Origin: Dehalococcoidales bacterium
GTDB lineage: Bacteria > Chloroflexota > Dehalococcoidia > Dehalococcoidales > UBA5760
DNA: 64,000 nucleotides
Direction of reading: 5' to 3'
NCBI GenBank assembly: GCA_034414575.1
Contig: DAOULZ010000001.1
Coordinates: 4,458 to 68,457 of the forward strand
Part shown: positions 1-7,563 of the stretch, piece by piece
Position numbering within the stretch: the first letter of the stretch is position 1
How the letters are laid out: every line of letters starts with the position of its first letter
Notes under the pieces: model-generated
The model's input: only the letters and a program-made list of their open reading frames with translations
What the model was told of the DNA's origin: nothing
Databases searched by the model: none
Program-made: the position numbers and the translations under genes

Positions 1-25
1 TGCTATAACCTTGGTCTTAAGTCTC

Positions 26-109
26 TGCCGCATCCCTACGCTCGTATTACCGAGATCAGGTTCCAAGGGTTGGCTAAAAACCTCTCAGCCTTTAAGCACC
101 CCTAGCGGA
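26..109 (-). ncRNA. TPP (thi-box) riboswitch; the regulated gene lies beyond the left edge of the window
   Basis: Minus strand reads CCGCTAGGGGTGCTTAAAGGCTGAGAGG...ACCCTTGGAACCTGATCTCGGTAATACGAGCGTAGGGATGCGG. It contains the TPP hallmarks GGGGTGC, GCTGAGA, ACCC, GAACCTGAT, a P5 hairpin CTCG-GTAATA-CGAG, GCGTAGGGA and a CCGC/GCGG P1. Confidence 0.95.
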
Positions 110-132
110 CTAACCTATTCAATTCTACCGTT

Positions 133-161
133 ACTATAGCACAAGCTTAGCTAAAATGCAA
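133..161 (-). promoter_or_regulatory. sigma70-type promoter for the TPP-riboswitch transcript
   Basis: Minus strand TTGCAT-N17-TATAGT with extended -10 TG, ending about 24 nt upstream of the riboswitch. Confidence 0.7.
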
Positions 162-242
162 TGCGGCTACCTATACTAGCTACCTCTCCACTTCTATCCC
201 GCTTCCCAGTAGCCGCACCGACAGGTTAAGCGCTATAGACTC

Positions 243-271
243 TTGACAAAGAAGAGCTAGGTATTTAAAGT
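243..271 (+). promoter_or_regulatory. sigma70-type promoter of corA
   Basis: TTGACA(243-248)-N17-TAAAGT(266-271); SD GAGGAGG before ATG 351. Confidence 0.6.
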
Positions 272-350
272 GTCCATACTAACCTACCGCTATGGTGATA
301 GTAGATAAGCCTAAGAATAGCCGCCATATTAGGCAGAGGAGGTACCACAC

Positions 351-1415
351 ATGCCCAGATTCTTAAAGAAGACATCCAAAAAGGCGGGGCTTCCGCCGGG
401 GACTCTGGTTCATATCGGGGAAAGGAAGACCGAGAAGGTGCGGATTAGCGTCATTGACTACGATGAAACCCAATTTGAACAGGGGGCAGTAAAGACGGTT
501 GAGGAATGCTTCCCCTTCAAGGATAAACCAACGGTCACCTGGATAAACATAGACGGTCTTCACGACGTTAAGGTCATAGAGAAACTCGGCCGCTATTTTG
601 ACCTGCACCCGCTGTTACTGGAAGACATCCTTAACACAGAGCAGCGTCCCAAAATGGAAGATTTCGGAAGTTATATCTTTCTCGTTTTTAAGATGCTCTA
701 TTATGACGACAAAACAGAACAGATCGAGGCGGAGCAGGTCAGCTTGATACTCGGCCCAAATTGGGTTATTACCTTCCAGGAGCGTGAAGGGGATGTCTTT
801 AACGCGGTCAGGGAAAGGATCAAAAAGGGCAAAGGCCGCATTAGAAAGATGGGGGCTGATTACCTTGCTTACTCTTTAGTGGACGCCGTTGTTGACCACT
901 ACTTCATAATACTGGAGGAATTCGGAGGAAAAATAGAAGATACGGAAACGGAGTTAGCCACCAATCCCATGCGGGAAACCCTGCAAACCATCCGTACCAT
1001 GAAGAGAGAAATGATATTCCTGCGCAAGTCGGTATGGCCCTTGCGAGAACTGGTCAGCGGCCTGGAAAGAGGCGAGTCACCGCTGATACACGAGTCTACC
1101 GGGATATATCTCAGGGATGTCTATGACCATACCGTCCAGGTTATCGATACCGTGGAGAGCTTCCGGGACATGATTTCCGGTATGCTCGATATCTACCTTT
1201 CCAGCATCAGTAATCGGATGAACGAAGTGATGAAGGTATTAACCATATTCGCAGCCATATTTATCCCGCTTACCTTCGTGGCTGGTATTTACGGTATGAA
1301 CTTTGAATACATGCCCGAGCTAAGATGGCACTGGGGCTACTTTGGAGTCTTGATCGTCCTAGCCTCTATCGCTAGCGCAATGTTGGTCTATTTCAGAAGG
1401 AAAAGGTGGCTGTGA
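351..1415 (+). CDS. corA: Magnesium/cobalt transporter CorA
   Basis: N-terminal KKAGLPPGTL, WINIDGLHD, HPLLLEDI, GIYGMNFEYMPEL (GMN motif) and two C-terminal TM helices. Confidence 0.97.
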   Translation: MPRFLKKTSKKAGLPPGTLVHIGERKTEKVRISVIDYDETQFEQGAVKTVEECFPFKDKPTVTWINIDGLHDVKVIEKLGRYFDLHPLLLEDILNTEQRPKMEDFGSYIFLVFKMLYYDDKTEQIEAEQVSLILGPNWVITFQEREGDVFNAVRERIKKGKGRIRKMGADYLAYSLVDAVVDHYFIILEEFGGKIEDTETELATNPMRETLQTIRTMKREMIFLRKSVWPLRELVSGLERGESPLIHESTGIYLRDVYDHTVQVIDTVESFRDMISGMLDIYLSSISNRMNEVMKVLTIFAAIFIPLTFVAGIYGMNFEYMPELRWHWGYFGVLIVLASIASAMLVYFRRKRWL

Positions 1416-1741
1416 AGGCGTTTAAACAGACCAGGACTAACAAGGAAATTAAAAACTCTCTCACCACCGAGGTATAATCCATATCTAACTTAGATGATGG
1501 CAAAATTACTGGGGGGATGCTGGACTCTCCCTATTATTCCTAGTCGCAGCTCCCCCCAAAACTAAAGAGAAGGAGAAAATAGACAAGCCCTTTTAATAAA
1601 CCAGATTGATATCGCCTATATTTCCCTTCCCTCAACTGGCTGATGCCTCCTTAACATCAGCCAACCGACAAAGCTCACTTCGACAGAGTTAGCCTGGCTA
1701 GCAACACCGCCTCCTTAATAACATTAAATACTGCCCCCACT

Positions 1742-2125
1742 CTAACAACTGCTCACTGCCTGTCGGTTCCTGCGTCTACGGCTAACCATTATGTCTTCCA
1801 TTTTGAGCTCGTTCCCCTCTCGCCCAATCTTGATACGCAATCGCTGTAACGCCTTTATCGTTTGCTTGACCCTAGTCTCATTTATACGCAGAAACTCTAT
1901 CAGGGTCTCTCCGCCCTTGGCGGTAAGTTGATATCCCCGGGAACCATTCCGCTTAAGATAGCCCCGCCTGACCAGTGAATGGTATAAATGAGAGATATAC
2001 TCACCAGGCATGTCACCCGTGGGACGCGCCAGGGTTTCTCTTCCAAAGCCACTAGCCTGAGCGATGGCTAGCAGGATAACCATTTCCGCGGGAAGTATGC
2101 GACTCCTTTCACTATTCTGTGCCAA
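1742..2125 (-). CDS. Hypothetical winged-helix DNA-binding protein
   Basis: 127 aa; helix followed by SLVRRGYL...GYQLTAKG wing motif typical of MarR-like wHTH proteins. Confidence 0.6.
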   Translation of the reverse strand: MAQNSERSRILPAEMVILLAIAQASGFGRETLARPTGDMPGEYISHLYHSLVRRGYLKRNGSRGYQLTAKGGETLIEFLRINETRVKQTIKALQRLRIKIGREGNELKMEDIMVSRRRRNRQAVSSC

Positions 2126-2247
2126 GAGACATCAATATAGCATATTATTAGACTATTGTCAAGTAATTTTCATACCAAAATGCCTATCAATCAACATATT
2201 AACTTGCAAAATTGCGACGGCACCGGGTAACGGTGGTATAATCTCTC

Positions 2248-2994
2248 GTGTCGATTATGGAAAAGCTCGATAGCGGAGCGAGTGAACTGGGGCTAGAACT
2301 CAGCCCAAGGCAGCTCAGCCAGTTCGATATCTATTATCACGAGCTAGTCGCCTTTAACCAGCGAGTGAATCTTACCCGCATCACTGGTTATGAAGAGGTA
2401 CAGATAAAACACTTCCTTGATTCGCTCACCGTGAGCCTAGCCTGGCCGCCCCCTAAGCCGAGCGCCCATCTCCGAGTTATCGATATCGGTACTGGTGCCG
2501 GCATCCCCGGCCTGCCGCTTAAGATTTTGTTCCCCAACATTAGGCTCACGCTGCTTGACGCCACAGCCAAAAAGGCCGCCTTTTTAGGACACCTCAGCCA
2601 TAAACTCGGCCTGAATAATGTTGAAATCGTGGTCGGGCGGGCCGAGGATGTCGCCCATCAGGCAGGATACCGGGAGAACTTCGATATGGTGCTCTCGCGT
2701 GGGGTCGCTCCTCTGGTAACCCTGGCGGAACTAACCCTGCCCTTCTGCCGCCTTGGTGGTAGCTTCATCGCCCAGAAAAAGGGGGACATTGAATCAGAAA
2801 CAGTCAAGGCCAGACAGGTAATTAGCCTTTTGGGGGGCAAGCTACGAGAGGTGAAAAGTATCAGCCTGGAAGAGTTCACCGATAACCGTAAGCTGGTGAT
2901 AGTTGACAAGGTATCCCCAACCCCCAAGCCCTATCCCCGCCACCCGGGTATCCCCGGGAAGAGACCACTGCTAGCTCATCCCGGTAATGGCTAA
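2248..2994 (+). CDS. rsmG: 16S rRNA m7G527 methyltransferase RsmG (GidB)
   Basis: VNLTRIT, KHFLDSL, IDIGTGAGIPG, YPRHPGIP motifs. Confidence 0.97.
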   Translation: MSIMEKLDSGASELGLELSPRQLSQFDIYYHELVAFNQRVNLTRITGYEEVQIKHFLDSLTVSLAWPPPKPSAHLRVIDIGTGAGIPGLPLKILFPNIRLTLLDATAKKAAFLGHLSHKLGLNNVEIVVGRAEDVAHQAGYRENFDMVLSRGVAPLVTLAELTLPFCRLGGSFIAQKKGDIESETVKARQVISLLGGKLREVKSISLEEFTDNRKLVIVDKVSPTPKPYPRHPGIPGKRPLLAHPGNG

Positions 2995-3080
2995 GGACGG
3001 GGCAAGCAGCCCGGGTAGTTACCTTCAGGATAAATGGTGTATCATAGGCTAGTATTCAGGCTAACTGCGGAGGCGCGAAG

Positions 3081-4265
3081 TTGTATGACGTAGCGGTTAT
3101 TGGTGGTGGACCGGTGGGTAGCCGGGTAGCTTGCCAGCTAGCCGGCGCGGAACATAAGGTGGTGGTCCTAGAGCAAAAGGAAAGCCCGGGAGAAAAGATC
3201 TGCTGCACCGGAATCGTAAGCCAGGAGTGCACCCGTGCCTTTGACATCGAGGACAACCTTATTCTGAGGCAAGTAAAAAGCGCCACCTTATTCTCACCCT
3301 CTGGGAAAGTGCTCAGGCTAGAGCGGCCCGCTACCCAGGCTTGCATTCTAGACCGGCTAGCCTTTGATATTGCCTTGGCCCGCCGCGCTCAGGACAAGGG
3401 AGCCGAATATGTGTTTCGTAGCCCGGTCAAGAATTTAGCAGTAAGCCGTGACCGGGTCAGAATTGAGACACTGCGGCAGGGGGAAAGGGTAGACCTTGAA
3501 GCCCGCGCCGCGGTTATTGCCTCCGGCTTTAACTCCCAACTGGTTAGGGAGTTGGGGCTGGGTAGCATTAAACATTTTTTCGCTGGCGCCCAGGCTGAGG
3601 TAGAAACCGATCCTTTAGACGAGATGGAACTCTACTTTGGCGAGGAGATAGCCCCCGGATTTTTTGCCTGGCTGGTGCCAACTTCACCACTTAAAGCTCG
3701 GATAGGGCTCCTCACCCGCCACCACCCAGGACACTACCTTAAGAAGCTGATTTCGTCGCTAGCGGCTCAGGAAAAGATAGCCTCAGCTGAAGCTGAGTTA
3801 AGATACGGGAGGGTGCCGATAAAGCCTTTAACCAGGACATATCATGACCGGCGGCTGGTAGTGGGGACGGCGGCCGGACAGGTAAAACCAACTACCGGCG
3901 GGGGTATTTACTACGGGCTGCTGTGTGCTGATATCGCGGCTAACACTCTGCATCAGGCACTAGCCAGTAATGACCTGTCGGCCAGAGGACTGGCTGACTA
4001 CGAGCGCAAGTGGCAGCAAAAACTAGGCCAGGAACTTAAAAAGGGCTACCGGGTACGCAGTTTTTATCAACACCTAAGCGACCCGCAGATTAACAAGCTA
4101 TTTGACACCATAGACGCCAAGGGAATGGCTGAGGTCTTGCTCCAAGATAGTGATGTCTCTTTCGACTGGCATAGCGGTGGCTTACTGAGACTTCTGGGAA
4201 GCGTCGCTATCTCCAGGATTACCCAAGCCCTGAAGAGCCCCCTCCACCCCCGGCATAAGGGCTAG
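3081..4265 (+). CDS. Geranylgeranyl reductase family FAD-dependent oxidoreductase
   Basis: GGGPVG Rossmann motif, CCTG, LDRLAFD, PGFFAWLVP, AAGQVKPTTGGGIYYG. Confidence 0.88.
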   Translation: MYDVAVIGGGPVGSRVACQLAGAEHKVVVLEQKESPGEKICCTGIVSQECTRAFDIEDNLILRQVKSATLFSPSGKVLRLERPATQACILDRLAFDIALARRAQDKGAEYVFRSPVKNLAVSRDRVRIETLRQGERVDLEARAAVIASGFNSQLVRELGLGSIKHFFAGAQAEVETDPLDEMELYFGEEIAPGFFAWLVPTSPLKARIGLLTRHHPGHYLKKLISSLAAQEKIASAEAELRYGRVPIKPLTRTYHDRRLVVGTAAGQVKPTTGGGIYYGLLCADIAANTLHQALASNDLSARGLADYERKWQQKLGQELKKGYRVRSFYQHLSDPQINKLFDTIDAKGMAEVLLQDSDVSFDWHSGGLLRLLGSVAISRITQALKSPLHPRHKG

Positions 4266-4339
4266 ACTTCGTCAAAAGGGCCCGCCGGTTTAGCTACGGC
4301 AGTAAAGTCAGCGCTGTTTTAGGTCAATGCCGATGGAGA

Positions 4340-4368
4340 TTGACCGCCGCCCGAATAGTGTTTACAAT
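4340..4368 (+). promoter_or_regulatory. sigma70-type promoter of greA
   Basis: TTGACC(4340-4345)-N17-TACAAT(4363-4368). Confidence 0.65.
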
Positions 4369-4399
4369 GGTGGTGGCAGGTGGAAAGAATATCCGTTAA

Positions 4400-5203
4400 G
4401 TGGACAGTAACCAAGGTCTAACCCTAAAGGAGGCAGCGACCCGCTTTCTGGTTAGCTTATCGCCCGAAGAGAGGCAAGCTAGCCAGAATGAGGTGTATAA
4501 ATTTGTGCGCTGGTACGGGCGAGACCAGTCTTTCGCTGAGCTTAAGGCTCCCGATATTGCCAACTATGCTGAGCGGTTATCTCTCTCGGATACTGATTAT
4601 GCGGGAAAGCTGGAAATAGTACGGCGCTTTCTTGCCTACGCTAAGAAGCAGAGATGGAGTAAGGGCAGCCTGGCTATCCACCTTAAGGCCAAGAAGATAA
4701 AGACGCAACCTCAATCTTCGGCTCCTCGCAGTTCACCTGAAGCTATCCCTCTAACCCAGCAGAGCTATGCCGAGCTGGAGGCCGAACTGGCTGGCCTCAG
4801 GGATAAGCGCTCCCGGCTTATTGACGAAATACGCAGCGCTGCGGCAGATAAGGATTTTCGAGAGAACGCACCGCTGGCCGCCGCCAGAGAGCAACGCGGA
4901 CATGTAGAGGGGCAAATCAGAGAGCTGGAGGAAACCCTGAAATCGGCCACGATTATTGATAAGGAACAGAAGAGCACCCTCAAGGTAAGCGCTGGTGATA
5001 GTGTTATTCTGCGTGACCTGGCTACTGGCGAAGAGCTGCGTTACCTTCTGGTCAGCCCCCGGGAGGTAGACCCAGTCCAGGGGAAGATCTCCGTTGCCTC
5101 CCCGATAGGCAAGGCAATTATTGGCCACCGCCAAGGAGAGGTAGTAGAGGTAGCGGCACCGGCCGGCAAACTACGCTACCAGATTAAGCAAATAGGGCAC
5201 TAA
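4400..5203 (+). CDS. greA: Transcription elongation factor GreA with an extra ~100-aa N-terminal helical domain
   Basis: C-terminal 155 aa: ADKDFRENAPLAAARE (catalytic D..E), GKISVASPIGKAIIG, GEVVEVAAPAG. Confidence 0.9.
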   Translation: MDSNQGLTLKEAATRFLVSLSPEERQASQNEVYKFVRWYGRDQSFAELKAPDIANYAERLSLSDTDYAGKLEIVRRFLAYAKKQRWSKGSLAIHLKAKKIKTQPQSSAPRSSPEAIPLTQQSYAELEAELAGLRDKRSRLIDEIRSAAADKDFRENAPLAAAREQRGHVEGQIRELEETLKSATIIDKEQKSTLKVSAGDSVILRDLATGEELRYLLVSPREVDPVQGKISVASPIGKAIIGHRQGEVVEVAAPAGKLRYQIKQIGH

Positions 5204-5265
5204 AGCGCCTAGTCCTGAGCTAAGTCCTCTGGCCCCGATGACCTCTAACCAAGTAGCCACCAACC

Positions 5266-6000
5266 CTATTTCACCAGGTTCATGACCTTGGGCAGAAGCT
5301 TAAGAATAAAGTTTGGCCGGGCAGTGCCGGCGATACTCCGCTCTAGGTTAGCTACCATCCGACTCAGCCTCTGATAAGGAACGCCAGCAACCATCTCCTC
5401 AGGTTTATAGCGCCCGAAAGCCCGACAGGCAATGTCCAGAAAGCTTACCCCAATCTTCCCGGTGGTAATCGGTACGGCAATAACTCCGGAGCAGAGAGGC
5501 TCACCGTGCACAGTATCAATCTCACCGGTCTCAAAGGCATCAAGAAACATGATACGGCTAATCTGCAGCGGTGTCCCCACGAACAGAACAACATCGGGGA
5601 CAAAAACAGCCCTCTCCAGCGGGGAAAAAGCAAGGTACTTTCCCGAATCAGGGGCCCGCTTTCTGGTTAAATCTAGCATTCGGCGCGCGGCTGCTCTCGA
5701 CCCAAAAATCTTTTCCCTACGCACGAGAAAGCCCTCCAGATCCCGGATAGGAGATTCAGCGATACCCAGATGAACTCTGCCACCGCAGACAATACTGCTG
5801 CCCGAGCAATAGAAGGCAACTCCTCTCCTAGCGCTTTGAATCATCATACACAGTGTCGCTTTACGCCGCCAACGCTTTAGCCCCTCCGGCAGCTCCGGCA
5901 TAACTGCCACCGCAACCGGACTCCCCTCAAGCTCAAGAGTACTTTTCAACCTAGTAGAAATGTCGGCTCTCTCTTGCTGCTCCTCTACTGACCCGGCCAT
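5266..6000 (-). CDS. DUF169 domain protein
   Basis: LELEGSPVAV, LCMMIQSARRG, CGGRVHLG, PDVVLFVGTPLQI, CSGVIAVP, VSFLDIACR and EEMVAGVP follow the DUF169 pattern. Confidence 0.8.
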   Translation of the reverse strand: MAGSVEEQQERADISTRLKSTLELEGSPVAVAVMPELPEGLKRWRRKATLCMMIQSARRGVAFYCSGSSIVCGGRVHLGIAESPIRDLEGFLVRREKIFGSRAAARRMLDLTRKRAPDSGKYLAFSPLERAVFVPDVVLFVGTPLQISRIMFLDAFETGEIDTVHGEPLCSGVIAVPITTGKIGVSFLDIACRAFGRYKPEEMVAGVPYQRLSRMVANLERSIAGTARPNFILKLLPKVMNLVK

Positions 6001-6169
6001 ACCTATCCTGACTCCTTAAGTTTCCTTAGCTAGCTGCTATTCTAAACCAATCTGACCGTTTTGGCGAATGGCAGACAACTGAAACGAGTAAAGCGAGTAG
6101 TAATGCCCAATCGTGAATACACTGGCTCTTGAATAATCAGAATTAGGGGAAAACCCAAACAGCCTGATG

Positions 6170-6988
6170 TCAACCGCTGGGGAGGCAGAATAGAAGACGG
6201 GCGTTCTCCGTGGTTACCCGGGCAATTGTTTCCGGAGACACTCCCCTAATTTCAGCCAGCAATCCTACAGTAGACGGCAGGTAGGCTGGTTCGTTACGTT
6301 GGCCGCGACGGCTCTGGGGCGGCAGAAAAGGGCTATCGGTCTCTACCAGCAACCGATCCTGGGGGATGCTCCTTATGACACTGTGCATATTACTGAAGGC
6401 AGGATATCCAATATAGGCACCGAGAGAAATAAAGAAGCCCACATCTAGATACTCTCTAGCAGTGTCAATATCACCACGGAAGCAGTGAACCACCCCACAC
6501 AGCCGACTGGTAACCCGCCTATGGCAGGTGGCCGAGCTACGAAGCAAAGGGAGCAGGTCCCTCTCAGCCTGTCGACAATGAATAACTACCGGCAGGTCTA
6601 TTCTTGCCGCCAGTTCTAGCTGCCACTTAAGCACCCTTAGCTGTGCTTCTCTAGGCGAGTAATCGCGGTAGAAATCCAGACCTATCTCACCAATAGCAAC
6701 CACCCGAGGATGCTCAGCAATTTGAGCTAGGTTAGCAATGTCTAGCTCATTTACCTCGGTCACATTGTGGGGATGGAAGCCAACCGCAGCCACAACCTCA
6801 GCATAACTCTCCGCTAGTTTAATCGCCTCACGGCTTGAGCTCGAGTCAATACCCACATTGATTATGGTACCAACCCCACAGTCCCGGGCTCGAGCAATGA
6901 CCTCGGTACGGTCTTTGTCGAAGGGAGCCATATCTAGGTGAGCATGAGTATCAACTATAGAGAGCCTCGCTCCAGCCAGTTTACCCAC
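6170..6988 (-). CDS. tatD: TatD family hydrolase
   Basis: DTHAHLD, VGFHPH, AIGEIGLDFY, VIHCR, VVHCF, LLVETDSPFL. Confidence 0.95.
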   Translation of the reverse strand: MGKLAGARLSIVDTHAHLDMAPFDKDRTEVIARARDCGVGTIINVGIDSSSSREAIKLAESYAEVVAAVGFHPHNVTEVNELDIANLAQIAEHPRVVAIGEIGLDFYRDYSPREAQLRVLKWQLELAARIDLPVVIHCRQAERDLLPLLRSSATCHRRVTSRLCGVVHCFRGDIDTAREYLDVGFFISLGAYIGYPAFSNMHSVIRSIPQDRLLVETDSPFLPPQSRRGQRNEPAYLPSTVGLLAEIRGVSPETIARVTTENARLLFCLPSG

Positions 6989-7162
6989 TCCTCAATAACA
7001 AAATCTAAAAATCCGCCACCAACTTCAACGGGGTATAAAAAATTGATAGCCCCTTTCCCTCCACAGACCCCCGATCACCAAGTCACTAGTTGGGTACTAT
7101 CAAACAAAAAAACACTAATCCCCACTGCACACCAAACCACAGTGGGACAAATTTAAGGTCGC

Positions 7163-7203
7163 AACTAAAAGAGAAGGGGAGCCATCGTATCTGGCTCCCC
7201 TTC
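7163..7203 (-). terminator. Intrinsic terminator downstream of the DUF5679-like gene
   Basis: Perfect 12-bp stem GAAGGGGAGCCA/TGGCTCCCCTTC (7173-7203), followed on the minus strand by TCTTTTAGTT. Confidence 0.8.
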
Positions 7204-7216
7204 AACCGCGCTGAAC

Positions 7217-7357
7217 CTAGGCTTTACCAATACGGAATACCTTGGTTCCACAGTTAGGACATTCCCCCTGAGTGGCGGGGCGCCCATTCTTCATAGTTAT
7301 AGACTTAGGGTTCTTAACTTCAACCTTCCTGCGGCACTTCACGCAATAAGCCTGCAT
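7217..7357 (-). CDS. Small zinc-finger protein, DUF5679-like (46 aa, absent from the ORF track)
   Basis: Manual translation MQAYCVKCRRKVEVKNPKSITMKNGRPATQGECPNCGTKVFRIGKA*. Two CxxC pairs, SD AAGGAGG before ATG, and a terminator directly downstream. Confidence 0.9.
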   Translation of the reverse strand: MQAYCVKCRRKVEVKNPKSITMKNGRPATQGECPNCGTKVFRIGKA

Positions 7358-7563
7358 TTTAACCTCCTTATTGGTAAGACCTCAGGCAAGAGGATATCAC
7401 ATAGCTAGGCATTAGTCAATAGGTTTTCTCCGAGATTATCCAGAAATTGCTAAAAAATCTTTGGACTAAACCACACTGTTTTCATAACTCTCCCCGCCAT
7501 GTTAGAATTCTTTGTTGCGGGCTAGTCCGTTTCGGCTAGCCCTAGTGGTGTTTGGGGAAGGAA

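Noticed and set aside
272-350. Possible M-box (ykoK) Mg2+ riboswitch upstream of corA
   Set aside because: The leader is only about 75 nt and lacks M-box consensus; only a short GCCTAA/TTAGGC hairpin is present.
6938-7156. 72-aa plus-strand ORF in the tatD upstream region; similarly 2064-2273 and 62241-62633
   Set aside because: They overlap real genes or promoters on the other strand, with low-complexity, motif-free translations.
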